Assembly: GCA_963205105.1 (NCBI GenBank)
Contig: CAUJJW010000274.1
Coordinates: forward strand, 2,377-66,376
DNA length: 64,000 nt
Direction of reading: 5' to 3'
DNA from: Verrucomicrobiota bacterium
Lineage (GTDB): Bacteria; Verrucomicrobiota; Verrucomicrobiia; Limisphaerales; CAIMTB01
The position numbers and the translations under genes were made by a program. Numbering within the stretch: position 1 is the stretch's first letter; each line of letters starts with the position of its first letter. Below the pieces are notes generated by a model. That model was given only the letters and a program-made list of their open reading frames with translations. It was not told the DNA's origin and did not search any database. Below, one piece after another: positions 28,436 through 37,338 of the stretch.

Positions 28436-30031
28436 TCAAATGGCCGGGGGTTTCCAACCGCCAAGGACACTCTCGAGGTGTTCCGCGACTGCGAACGCCA
28501 CGTCTTCGCGAAATGGTCGGGCAACCACTTGCAGACCGATCGGCAGCCCTTCACCCGTGCCGCAGCGCACCACCACCGAAGGCCAGCCGGTCAGATTGTA
28601 GATCGTCGTGTAACCCGCACCCGACGGCGCGTCCTCGCCAATCAGACGGGCTGGCGAAGAATTGGTCGGACAAATCAGCACGTCGTAGTCCTTGAACCAC
28701 GCCAGATACTGTCGCTTGAGCAGATCGCGCTTCTCCACGATCTCGCTGAGTTCCGGCATCGAAAGCACCGGACTATCGAACTTGCGACCCGCCGCGGGGA
28801 ACGTTGTCCCCACCTTCTCCGCCAACCGCTTGATCCAAAGGCTGCTGTCGGCGAAACGCAGCTTCGGGTAGAGCGGCCAGATTTCGGTATAACCCGTCGG
28901 TGCAGATTCCTTGACGGACTGGCAGGCGGCCTCCAGCACCTTGGCCGCTGACGTCACCGTCTTCACCGTCTCCGCGGTCGGCTTGTGGTAGTTCTCCACA
29001 TCGGAGAAAAACGCCACCCGCAGCTTCTTGAGATCGACGTCGGCAGCGGACCGGAAAGGAGCCGGCACGATGGCGGCATCCAGGTAATCCTGTCCGGCGA
29101 TGATGGGCGTGATGAGGATCAGATCCTCGACCTTGCGGGCCATGGGTCCGATCTGCTGCTGGTTGTCGTAGATGCCACCGTAGTCGACGGCATGCCCGGT
29201 GCGAGGCACGCGCCCCGAGGTGGGTTTGATGCCGGCGATGCCGTTGTGATGGCATGGTGACCGGATGCTGCCGCCGAAATCGCTGCCGATATCGAACCCG
29301 GACCCGTAGGCGGCCACGATGGCCCCTGCCCCACCGCTGCTGCCGGCGCAGCTTCGCTTGGTGTCGTAGGGATTGCGGGTCAGCCCGAACACCAGGTTCA
29401 TCGTCGTTCCGATCGAGTAGGAACCGCTGCCGATGGTGAATTCCGGTGTGTTGGTCTTCCCCAGCAGGATGGCTCCCGCGGCGCGGGCCCTGCCGACCGA
29501 CGTGGCGTCGTGTTGGGGAATGAAATTGAAGCGACCCAGCGTGCCCCAGGTGGACCGGACACCCGCGGTGTCGAGCGAGTCCTTGATGGTCATCGGCACG
29601 CCATGAAGAGGACCCTTGAGCTTGCCTTGAGCCAGGAGTTCGTCGGCCGATTTGGCTTCCTTCAACGCCAGGTCGAAGGATTTGGTCACCACCGCGTTCA
29701 AATGCGGGTTCACCTGTTCAATCCGATCGATGTAGGCTTTCACCACCTCGGTCGCGGACACCTTCTTGGTCCGGATCAACTCCGCCAAACGTGTCGCGGA
29801 GCATTGGGTGAGGACTTCGGTCTTGTCCTTCGAAGCCATGAAGCCGCCGGCCGGGGCTGCGGCAGCCTTGGCGCGCATCGGACTTTGCAGCGCCAACACC
29901 GTCGGGGCCGCCCATGCCTTGGCGCGGGCGATGAATGCCCGCCGACTATCCACGGCGGGTGAGCGGCGTCCGGAGCGTTCCGGGCGCGAAGCGGAAGGTA
30001 CCATTCCTGATTGGGGTTCGGAATTGTGCAT
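28436..30031 (-). CDS. AS family amidase, Tat-type clade
   Basis: PMTIKDS, AGSSGGAGA and GSDFGGSIRSP. SRRAFIARA twin-Arg motif. Start taken at MHNSEPQ. Confidence 0.92.
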   Translation of the reverse strand: MHNSEPQSGMVPSASRPERSGRRSPAVDSRRAFIARAKAWAAPTVLALQSPMRAKAAAAPAGGFMASKDKTEVLTQCSATRLAELIRTKKVSATEVVKAYIDRIEQVNPHLNAVVTKSFDLALKEAKSADELLAQGKLKGPLHGVPMTIKDSLDTAGVRSTWGTLGRFNFIPQHDATSVGRARAAGAILLGKTNTPEFTIGSGSYSIGTTMNLVFGLTRNPYDTKRSCAGSSGGAGAIVAAYGSGFDIGSDFGGSIRSPCHHNGIAGIKPTSGRVPRTGHAVDYGGIYDNQQQIGPMARKVEDLILITPIIAGQDYLDAAIVPAPFRSAADVDLKKLRVAFFSDVENYHKPTAETVKTVTSAAKVLEAACQSVKESAPTGYTEIWPLYPKLRFADSSLWIKRLAEKVGTTFPAAGRKFDSPVLSMPELSEIVEKRDLLKRQYLAWFKDYDVLICPTNSSPARLIGEDAPSGAGYTTIYNLTGWPSVVVRCGTGEGLPIGLQVVARPFREDVAFAVAEHLESVLGGWKPPAI

Positions 30032-30039
30032 GGGGTTTG

Positions 30040-31572
30040 TCAGATCGAAGGTTTCTTCCAGCCGCCCGTCCGTTCCTCGATGAATTTGGCCACCGCCAGG
30101 GTCACATCGTCCTTCCAGGGTTGGCCGACGATTTGCAGTCCGATCGGGAGACCGTCGGGGCTGGTGCCGGCGCGCACGACCGATCCTGGCCAGCCCGTCA
30201 CGTTGTAGATCCGGGTGTAATTCGCATCGCGCGGTGCCGGCTGATCGAGCCGGGCCGCGGGCACGCCACTCACCGGGCAGAGAATCACATCGTAGTTCTT
30301 CACCCACTGAAGCATCCGGCTCCGCGCGTGATCGACCTCCTCCATGATCTCCAGGAAGTCCGGCGTCGCCGCGTACTTGCCGCTGATCCGCTGTTTGAGT
30401 CCGGGATCCGCCACGACCGTGCCGTAACGCTTGAGCAACCGAACCTGCCAGGCGCCACCCTCAGCTTCCCGCGCCTTATTGGAGATCTCGTAGTCCGACT
30501 TGTAGTTCGGGTGGATGTCCTCCCGCACTTCCGCCCCAGCTTCCCTCAGCCAGCCCGCGGCCGCTTTGACCGTGGCCTGGGTTTCCGGGGTCGGGGTGAA
30601 GACGCCGTTGTCGACGTAGAAGGCCACTCTCAGGCCCGAAAGCTTAACCAGGCTCGGATCCCCCAGTGGAACATCGTAACAAAACGCGTCCTCCATGTCC
30701 TCGCCGCAGATGATCGGCATCAACAGCGCCACATCCTCCACCCGGCGCGCCAATGGCCCGAGTTGCTGCCAGGAGTCGAACAACCCGCCATAGCCCGGGA
30801 CATGCCCCGTACGGGGCGTTCGCCCGGAGGTTGGCTTGATGCCCGCCACCCCGTTGGCGTGGCAGGGCATGCGCACACTGCCACCCAGATCGCTGCCGAT
30901 ATCGAACGCGGCACCGCCCGCGGCCACAATCGCTCCGGCTCCGCCCGAACTGCCCGCCGGCGAATGCGCCAGGTTGTACGGATTGTAGGTTTGCCCGTAG
31001 AGCAGATTCGAGGTGCCCCGGGAGCCTCCACCCATGGTGAACTCCGGCGTGTTCGACTTGCCCAAAAGGATCGCACCGGCCGCCCGCACCCGCGCCACCA
31101 CGGTCGCATCCTTGGCCGGCACATAAAAAGCCCGCCCCAAGGTGCCGGACGTGCTTCGAACTCCCGCAGTCTCCAGCGAATCCTTGATGGTGAACGGAAC
31201 TCCGTGCAGCGGTCCGAGTTTGGCGCCCTTGGCCACCGCTTCGTCCGCCGCCTTGGCTTCCGCCAGGGCCCGCTCAGCGCAGAGGGTCACCACCGCGTTG
31301 ATCTTGGGATTCACTTCGTCGATCCGGCGCAAGTAGGCCTGCACCGCCTCGACCGCTGACACCTTCTTCAGCCGAATGGCCGCGGCCAGCTTGGTCGCCG
31401 ACAGGTAGATCAGTTCATCCGTCGCCTCACCGACGGCTGGTGCTGCCCACGCGCCACCGCCCTTGCTGATGGCCATGGCCCCCAGGGCCGTGGCTCCTGC
31501 GGCGACGAAATGACGCCGGTTCACTGCCCAACCCGGTTGGCTGGGTTTCGAAGTTTTGCTGGAAGTCTTCAT
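30040..31572 (-). CDS. AS family amidase, Tat-type clade
   Basis: PFTIKDS, AGSSGGAGA and GSDLGGSVRMP. NRRHFVAAGATALG twin-Arg signal. Start at 31572 or 31596. Confidence 0.93.
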   Translation of the reverse strand: MKTSSKTSKPSQPGWAVNRRHFVAAGATALGAMAISKGGGAWAAPAVGEATDELIYLSATKLAAAIRLKKVSAVEAVQAYLRRIDEVNPKINAVVTLCAERALAEAKAADEAVAKGAKLGPLHGVPFTIKDSLETAGVRSTSGTLGRAFYVPAKDATVVARVRAAGAILLGKSNTPEFTMGGGSRGTSNLLYGQTYNPYNLAHSPAGSSGGAGAIVAAGGAAFDIGSDLGGSVRMPCHANGVAGIKPTSGRTPRTGHVPGYGGLFDSWQQLGPLARRVEDVALLMPIICGEDMEDAFCYDVPLGDPSLVKLSGLRVAFYVDNGVFTPTPETQATVKAAAGWLREAGAEVREDIHPNYKSDYEISNKAREAEGGAWQVRLLKRYGTVVADPGLKQRISGKYAATPDFLEIMEEVDHARSRMLQWVKNYDVILCPVSGVPAARLDQPAPRDANYTRIYNVTGWPGSVVRAGTSPDGLPIGLQIVGQPWKDDVTLAVAKFIEERTGGWKKPSI

Positions 31573-31628
31573 TGGAATGTTGCCGTCCCGCATCATATGT
31601 CCTTGGGATTCGCCACTAGGCCGCCGAC

Positions 31629-33161
31629 TCAAACTGCCGGTGGCTGCCAGCCGCCCGTCATTGCCTCAATCGCACCCATGACCGCGTAAACCACGTCTTC
31701 GCGCCATGGCCGCCCGATCACTTGGATGCCCATCGGCATGCCTTCCGGTGAAGTGCCCGCCCGAACCACACCAGCCGGCCAGCCGTTGAGGTTGTAGATG
31801 GTGCGATAACTCGCCGTGGAGGGATTGGGCGCGTCGTGGAACGGAGCCGAATACGCATGAACGGGGCAGATCACCACGTCGTACTTCTTCAGCCATCCCA
31901 ATTGCTGCTTCCGGATTCGGTCCTCTTCCTCGAGCAGGAAGGTGAATTCGCCCGCCTTCAGGGTCTTGCCGTTCACCCGGCTCTGGACCATGTGAAACAG
32001 CTTCTCCGTACCCGCCTTCTGGGCGGTGCGGGTGATGTGGCTCCCGCCGCCAGCCGACCGCGACTTCTGCATGATCGCCAACCCCTCGGCGATGGCGGGT
32101 GGTGCGCTCTCTTCGATCGAGGCGACTTCCCCTTCCATGCGGTGAAGAATGCCTCGAACCATCGCCACGGTTTCCGGCCGGGGTTGATGATACCCCTCGC
32201 TGTCGGTGTAGAAGGCCACTCGAAGTTCCTTCAGCTTCACCGCACCAACCGGCCCCAGGGGAACATCGACGACGTGGCTGTCGATCATGTCCGTTCCCTG
32301 AATCACCCGCAGCACCAAGTCGAGATCCTCGACCCGACGGGCGATGGGTCCCAGCTGGGTGCGGGTGTTGAAGATGCCATGCAGGTCCACGATGTGGCCC
32401 GTCCTAGGAACCCGGCAGTTGGTCGGTTTGATTCCAGCCACTCCGTTGAAGTGGCATGGCGACCGAATGCTCCCGCCTGTGTCCGAACCGATGTCGAACG
32501 GCGTGCCCGCCGCAGCCACCAGGGCACCGGAGCCGCCGCTGCTGCCGCCCGGAATCCGCGCGGTGTCGTAGGGATTGTTGGTGCGCCCGTACACGAGATT
32601 ATCCGTGAACGAGCCCATGGTGAATTCGGGGGTATTGGTTTTCCCGAGCAGGATGGCTCCGGCCGCCCTCAACCGAGCAGTCACCGTCGCATCCTCAGCA
32701 GGAACGAAACCCTTCCTGCCCAGGGTACAGCCGGTGCTGACCACCCCCGCGGTATCGATGGAGTCCTTCAACGTCATCGGAACTCCATGGAGCACGCCCA
32801 GTTTGCCGCCTTTGGCTCGGAGTTCATCCGCAGCCCGGGCTTCGGAACGAGCCCTGTCGAAACAGGGCATGACCAGCGCATTGAGACTTGGGTTCACCGA
32901 CTCGATCCGCCGGATGTAGGCCTCGACCACCTCGGTGGAGGAGACTTTGCCGGCACGAATCATCTCGGCGATCTTCACGGCGGACTGGCTCACCAGATCC
33001 CCGGGAGCAGCCGCCGCGGTCGCCCGCGACGCACCACCCCACGAGGCGGCAGCCATCACCGCCATGCCACCGCCCACCCGTGCCAGGAACTCACGCCGGC
33101 AACTCACTCCGGCTCCTGTCTCCGTTCCTACTTCCTGAGAATCTTGTTCGGTGATCGTCAT
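31629..33161 (-). CDS. AS family amidase, Tat-type clade
   Basis: PMTLKDS, GGSSGGSGA and GSDTGGSIRSP. CRREFLARVGGG twin-Arg signal. ATG is 1 nt after the TBDR stop. Confidence 0.93.
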   Translation of the reverse strand: MTITEQDSQEVGTETGAGVSCRREFLARVGGGMAVMAAASWGGASRATAAAAPGDLVSQSAVKIAEMIRAGKVSSTEVVEAYIRRIESVNPSLNALVMPCFDRARSEARAADELRAKGGKLGVLHGVPMTLKDSIDTAGVVSTGCTLGRKGFVPAEDATVTARLRAAGAILLGKTNTPEFTMGSFTDNLVYGRTNNPYDTARIPGGSSGGSGALVAAAGTPFDIGSDTGGSIRSPCHFNGVAGIKPTNCRVPRTGHIVDLHGIFNTRTQLGPIARRVEDLDLVLRVIQGTDMIDSHVVDVPLGPVGAVKLKELRVAFYTDSEGYHQPRPETVAMVRGILHRMEGEVASIEESAPPAIAEGLAIMQKSRSAGGGSHITRTAQKAGTEKLFHMVQSRVNGKTLKAGEFTFLLEEEDRIRKQQLGWLKKYDVVICPVHAYSAPFHDAPNPSTASYRTIYNLNGWPAGVVRAGTSPEGMPMGIQVIGRPWREDVVYAVMGAIEAMTGGWQPPAV

Positions 33162-33162
33162 G

Positions 33163-35844
33163 TCAGAAGGTCCTTCCAAGGGTGAACTCGAAGTTGATCG
33201 GCTGGCGCACGCCGACCATCATTCCGTTGTTGGCGCCGCGAACGTAGAACTGCTCGTCGGTCAGGTTGTTGACATCGAACTTCGCGCTCCAGGCTCCCTT
33301 GGCGTAGAAGAGTGAAGCGTTGAGAACCGTGGCCGATGGAAGATTCCAGATCAGAGTACGGTCAGCAGCGAATCCACCTTGGTGCGACACACCAAACGCG
33401 CCGCCCAGACCCGAGCTGTGATTGTAGGTGACGAAGAGGTTCAGGATTTTGTCCGGAATACCAGGAACCTCGGAGTACACGTCGCCGCCCAGGATGCGGA
33501 TCTGGGGAACACCACCCCAACCGAACGCTTCGGCAGGCGCGATGATTTCGCCGGTCGCCGGATCCCGCACGTCCGAGAAACCAGCGTACCGCCCATTGAT
33601 GCGCACGGTTTGGTCGGAGCCATCCAGGTACTCGGCTTTGCTGAATGAGCCGGAAGCGACAATGCTCACGCTGGGGATCGGCACATAGCGCAGTTCGACC
33701 TCGATGCCTCGGCTCTCGGTCTTGTCCACGGAGGCCTCGGCATCGCCTTGGGCGAACGAGATGCGGTTCTGTTCGAACACCGCGAAGGTTGCGAAGAGCT
33801 TGTTCTCCAAAAGCTGGGTCTTCACACCCACTTCCATGATTTGCGATTGCCCATAGGCACCGCCGCGCCAGGTGGCAGGGGCAATCGACGCATCCGAGGT
33901 GTCCACGATGAGCGCGGCTTGCTGGGCCATCGTGAAGTAGGGACGGATGTTCAGCGGGAGAGCGTAGCTCACACTCGCATTCCACGAGAGCGCCGAGTCA
34001 CTGCCGCGGGTGGTCGACGGACTGGTGGTGAGACGACTGTCCAAGGCGTCGGTCGTGCCAATGTTCGCGGCGTTCTTCCCAGCAAACACGCCCGCAGGTT
34101 GGGTATGATCGCCGTCCACATAGTCAAACCGGCCGCCCAGGATCAGGTTCACCTTCTCGAAGAAGGTCTGGTCCGTGAGCAAACCGACGCCCGCCTCGAT
34201 GTACTGGGAATCGTTGATCTGGGTGATGGCACTTCCATCCAGTCCCCGCTTCTCGAGGAAGCTGTAGAAGGTGTCGTTCGGGGTGAAGTTCCCGTTCGAG
34301 CCACCCATCAGATCGCGGCGCTGATCGAAGTCCGAATTGGTGGTGTTCTCGCGGAAGGTGTCGGTGTACCGAATGTTCGGTGAGGCCAGGATCTGACCTT
34401 CCCACCATTCCGGCAGGTAGTCCGCCTTGTGGGCTGCCGTGAATTTCTCCTCAAACAGTCGTGGCTTTTGGATCTGCGAGAAGGGATTCCGGCCGTCCTT
34501 GATCTGATTGTAGAAGTGATAATAGAGCTGGTTCTTGAGCGTGAGTTCCTCGTTCGAGTCGTTGATGACGTCGAAGAAGAAGTCATACACGTCCGCGTCG
34601 TAGTAATCTTCGCCCAAAGTCTTGGAGGTGTCCGCGTCCACCAGACGGAAGGAGGAGTAGTCCAGCTGCCAGGGTTCCGGCAGTCCGTTCAGTGCGGACG
34701 TTCCGGTGCCAATCGGCGCACCGGTCACGATGTTGACGAGGGGACCATTCGGCCGACCGTTGGCGTCCACGCTTTGTTTCTTCAGATTATTGACCTGATC
34801 GGGCGTGGAAATCGTCCCGAAGCTGACGAAGATCGGGTTGTAGGTGGCCGTCGCGGGACGGGACCCGAACAGTTCCCGTTCCGAGATCCGGCCGTTGCCG
34901 TCCGCGTCGAGCTGGTTGGCGAACCCGCCGCTCCAGTACTTCCCCTGGGTGAACAGTTCCTCGGTCACGCGGTTGATACCGCCGTTGAGGCCGCCCTTGG
35001 AGAACTGGGCCACTCCGCCGAATTCGGCGCGCCAGCTGTCGGTCAGCTCCGCCGAGACGGCGATCTGGTTGACGAAGTGTTTGTCGAAAGCGGTCTCGTA
35101 ATACGAACCCGAGTCTTCGAGGTAGCCGTAATAGTAAAAGCCGGCCTTGCGATCCCCGGGTAGACCCTTGATCGGGCCGCCGAAGTCAAAGGTCGCCACG
35201 CGCCGGTCCCAGGACCCGACACTGAGCGAGACCTTGCCCTCCGCCTTCTCCATGTATTTCCCGGTCACACTTCGGGAGGTCTTCGGATTGAAGTTCAGGT
35301 ACCCACCGATTCGGCCGCCGCCGAAGATCGGCGACGCGGGGCCGCGCACGACTTCGATGCTGTCGAAGGCGGTGAAGATGGTGCGGTAATTGCCCTGCGG
35401 ATCGGGCTTCTTCATGCCGCGGAAGTAATAGTCGCCCGCCTGGTTGCGGACGTTGATGCCGCCTTGCAGGCCGAAGCGGAAATTGGTGTAGGTGCTGGGA
35501 GCAACGCGGTAGAGGTCCTCCACGTTTTCCACGCCCGCCGCGTTCAGCAGTTCCGCGCTGAGCACCGTGACCGACCGCGGTGTCTCCAGCAGAGACTTGC
35601 CAAAACCGATGACGCTTTCGACCGGCGCCGTGGGCAGGATGAACGTCGGGTCGGTCCCGGCCGTCGACTCCAGCGCCTCGACCTCACCCGAGGGATCTTC
35701 GTTCATCGTGCCGGATGCCGGCAGCGACGATTGGGCCGGAGGCGTGCTGCTGGCCGCGGGAGTCTGGGACAACGCCCGGGTGGTGGTTGCGTCCGCGAGG
35801 GCGCCGAGGGCGACTAGGGTTCCGAGTGACTTAGGTAGGCTCAT
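33163..35844 (-). CDS. TonB-dependent receptor (893 aa)
   Basis: Signal peptide, plug-like LLETPRSVTVLSAELL...VEVVRGPASPIFG..GG.LNF..K, many amphipathic beta-strand patterns, C-terminal FDVNNLTDEQFY and a terminal Phe (..GRTF). Confidence 0.92.
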   Translation of the reverse strand: MSLPKSLGTLVALGALADATTTRALSQTPAASSTPPAQSSLPASGTMNEDPSGEVEALESTAGTDPTFILPTAPVESVIGFGKSLLETPRSVTVLSAELLNAAGVENVEDLYRVAPSTYTNFRFGLQGGINVRNQAGDYYFRGMKKPDPQGNYRTIFTAFDSIEVVRGPASPIFGGGRIGGYLNFNPKTSRSVTGKYMEKAEGKVSLSVGSWDRRVATFDFGGPIKGLPGDRKAGFYYYGYLEDSGSYYETAFDKHFVNQIAVSAELTDSWRAEFGGVAQFSKGGLNGGINRVTEELFTQGKYWSGGFANQLDADGNGRISERELFGSRPATATYNPIFVSFGTISTPDQVNNLKKQSVDANGRPNGPLVNIVTGAPIGTGTSALNGLPEPWQLDYSSFRLVDADTSKTLGEDYYDADVYDFFFDVINDSNEELTLKNQLYYHFYNQIKDGRNPFSQIQKPRLFEEKFTAAHKADYLPEWWEGQILASPNIRYTDTFRENTTNSDFDQRRDLMGGSNGNFTPNDTFYSFLEKRGLDGSAITQINDSQYIEAGVGLLTDQTFFEKVNLILGGRFDYVDGDHTQPAGVFAGKNAANIGTTDALDSRLTTSPSTTRGSDSALSWNASVSYALPLNIRPYFTMAQQAALIVDTSDASIAPATWRGGAYGQSQIMEVGVKTQLLENKLFATFAVFEQNRISFAQGDAEASVDKTESRGIEVELRYVPIPSVSIVASGSFSKAEYLDGSDQTVRINGRYAGFSDVRDPATGEIIAPAEAFGWGGVPQIRILGGDVYSEVPGIPDKILNLFVTYNHSSGLGGAFGVSHQGGFAADRTLIWNLPSATVLNASLFYAKGAWSAKFDVNNLTDEQFYVRGANNGMMVGVRQPINFEFTLGRTF

Positions 35845-35947
35845 GTTTGTGAGTCAGTCTGACAGTGTGGCGGGGGAGTGCCACGGAGTGGGTTCGATCG
35901 GCTGGGCACGTGGGGGTTGCCCGCCGCCTTCGGGAACGACTTCCCAA

Positions 35948-35963
35948 AGCACCGCTCATGCCA
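35948..35963 (-). promoter_or_regulatory. Putative sigma-54 (-24/-12) promoter for the TBDR-amidase arm
   Basis: The minus strand reads (C)TGGCATG-AGCG-GTGCT: correct GG-N10-GC spacing with 2 deviations from TGGCACG-N4-TTGCW. About 105 bp upstream of the TBDR ATG. Confidence 0.55.
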
Positions 35964-36353
35964 GCACTTCACCGGACCCATGAGGGCACCAACACCCGGC
36001 AGAGGCCATGAACCGACATGATGCCACCAGACCCTGTCTGTTCATTCTGCCGACGCACCCGCCCCCTCCAGGTCCATCCCTTCACGCCGGGGCCATCGAA
36101 TGAACCAATCCCATCCGGTGGCATGACTGGTGCTCATGAGTGGAGGCCGACCTGCTTCGCTTGCTTTGTCTCTTATTCGCCAATTTCTGGTACGCCTTTG
36201 CCCATGCTGACCAGATTGCTTCACCGGGGGAGGCTATTCCAAGGAGGGCATGGGTCAGGGAGGGTGGATAGCGGTCGTTCGTGCTGGGGTTCGCATACTT
36301 GAATAGAGGCACATCCCTGTCGGCGGCCTCATTCATGACCTCGACCCACCGAG

Positions 36354-36369
36354 TGGCACGTCGCTTGCT
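36354..36369 (+). promoter_or_regulatory. Putative sigma-54 (-24/-12) promoter for the DUF3450-exb-tonB operon
   Basis: TGGCACG-TCGC-TTGCT is a perfect match to the TGGCACG-N4-TTGCW consensus, 150 bp upstream of the ATG at 36520. Confidence 0.75.
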
Positions 36370-36519
36370 TGGGTGATGTGGTGGGGAATCGGGAGTTCCC
36401 ACAACCCGACCGGACCCATCGATCGGTCGTTACGCACCCCCTAGGCGGTCTGACTGCCGCTCCCGAATCCCCACCCTGCAACGCCACTGGTTGAATATTG
36501 TTCCTCCATCGTCGAACCC

Positions 36520-37299
36520 ATGAAGTCATTCACCTCAAGACTCCCCGCCCTGATCGCCACCGGATTTCTGGTGACCGCGATCACCCCATCGGTTACCAGC
36601 GCAACACCTCTGGAGGATCTCCGAAATCTCTGGAAGGAGTGGTCCAAGGTCAAAGGCACCATCTCGGAGGAAAAGAACAACTGGGCCCGCGAACAACAGT
36701 CCATTGCGGACTCCATCGCGGTTTCACGCCAGGAGGTGGAACTGCTGACCTCCCGGCTCAAGGAACTGAACAGCGGCACCACCGGGACCGAGAAGCAGCG
36801 CTCCGAGCTTCTCGACAAGATCGCGGCCTCCAAGACCAGCCTCGCCGTGTTCGCCGAGGCGATCGATAAGTACGAAACCAAGATGCGCGAACTGGTTCCG
36901 GTGATCCCACCCCAGTTGCGCACCGAGCTGTCCGCCCTACTGCAACGCCTGCCCGCCGAGGGCAAACCCACCGCGCTGCCGGTGTCGCAAAGAATTCAGA
37001 CGGTCATCGCCTTCCTCGCCCAGCTCGACAAGTTCAATGCCGGACCGACGTTGATCAGCGAAATCAAGGAGGTGGAACCCGGCAAGTCGCTGGAAGTCAA
37101 AACGCTCTACTTCGGCCTGGGTGCCGCCTACTTCACGGACGCAGCGGCCACCTATGCGGGCCACGGCTATCCGACGCTGGAAGGCTGGAAATGGACCTCG
37201 GTCGACGCGGCCACCGCCAAGCACATCGCGGAGGCGATCTCGATCTATCAAAACGAAAAGCAGCCCGCCTTTGTCTCCCTGCCCGCCCAAATCCGTTGA
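36520..37299 (+). CDS. DUF3450-family periplasmic coiled-coil protein (TtpB-like)
   Basis: Signal peptide, long heptad-rich helix, and a VKTLYFGLGAAYF beta motif followed by GWKW. First gene of the exb/tonB cluster. Confidence 0.75.
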   Translation: MKSFTSRLPALIATGFLVTAITPSVTSATPLEDLRNLWKEWSKVKGTISEEKNNWAREQQSIADSIAVSRQEVELLTSRLKELNSGTTGTEKQRSELLDKIAASKTSLAVFAEAIDKYETKMRELVPVIPPQLRTELSALLQRLPAEGKPTALPVSQRIQTVIAFLAQLDKFNAGPTLISEIKEVEPGKSLEVKTLYFGLGAAYFTDAAATYAGHGYPTLEGWKWTSVDAATAKHIAEAISIYQNEKQPAFVSLPAQIR

Positions 37300-37338
37300 T
37301 TCACGGCCCGCCGCTCCATTCCCAAACTTCTTCTCCCC

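Noticed and set aside
9854-33161. Calling the amidases gatA and the asparaginases gatD/ansA
   Set aside because: No gatB/gatC/gatE is nearby, the proteins carry export signals, and copy number and motif changes do not fit tRNA-dependent amidotransferases.
36118-36134. NtrC-like site (TGGTGC half-site) between the sigma-54 promoters
   Set aside because: Only one half-site matches, and the spacing to a GCAC partner is wrong for TGCACCA-N3-TGGTGCA.
35983-36519. Short ORFs in the TBDR/DUF3450 intergenic region (36018-36302, 36082-36402, 36042-36224)
   Set aside because: They have no motifs, overlap each other and overlap the promoter motif. The region is better explained as regulatory DNA.
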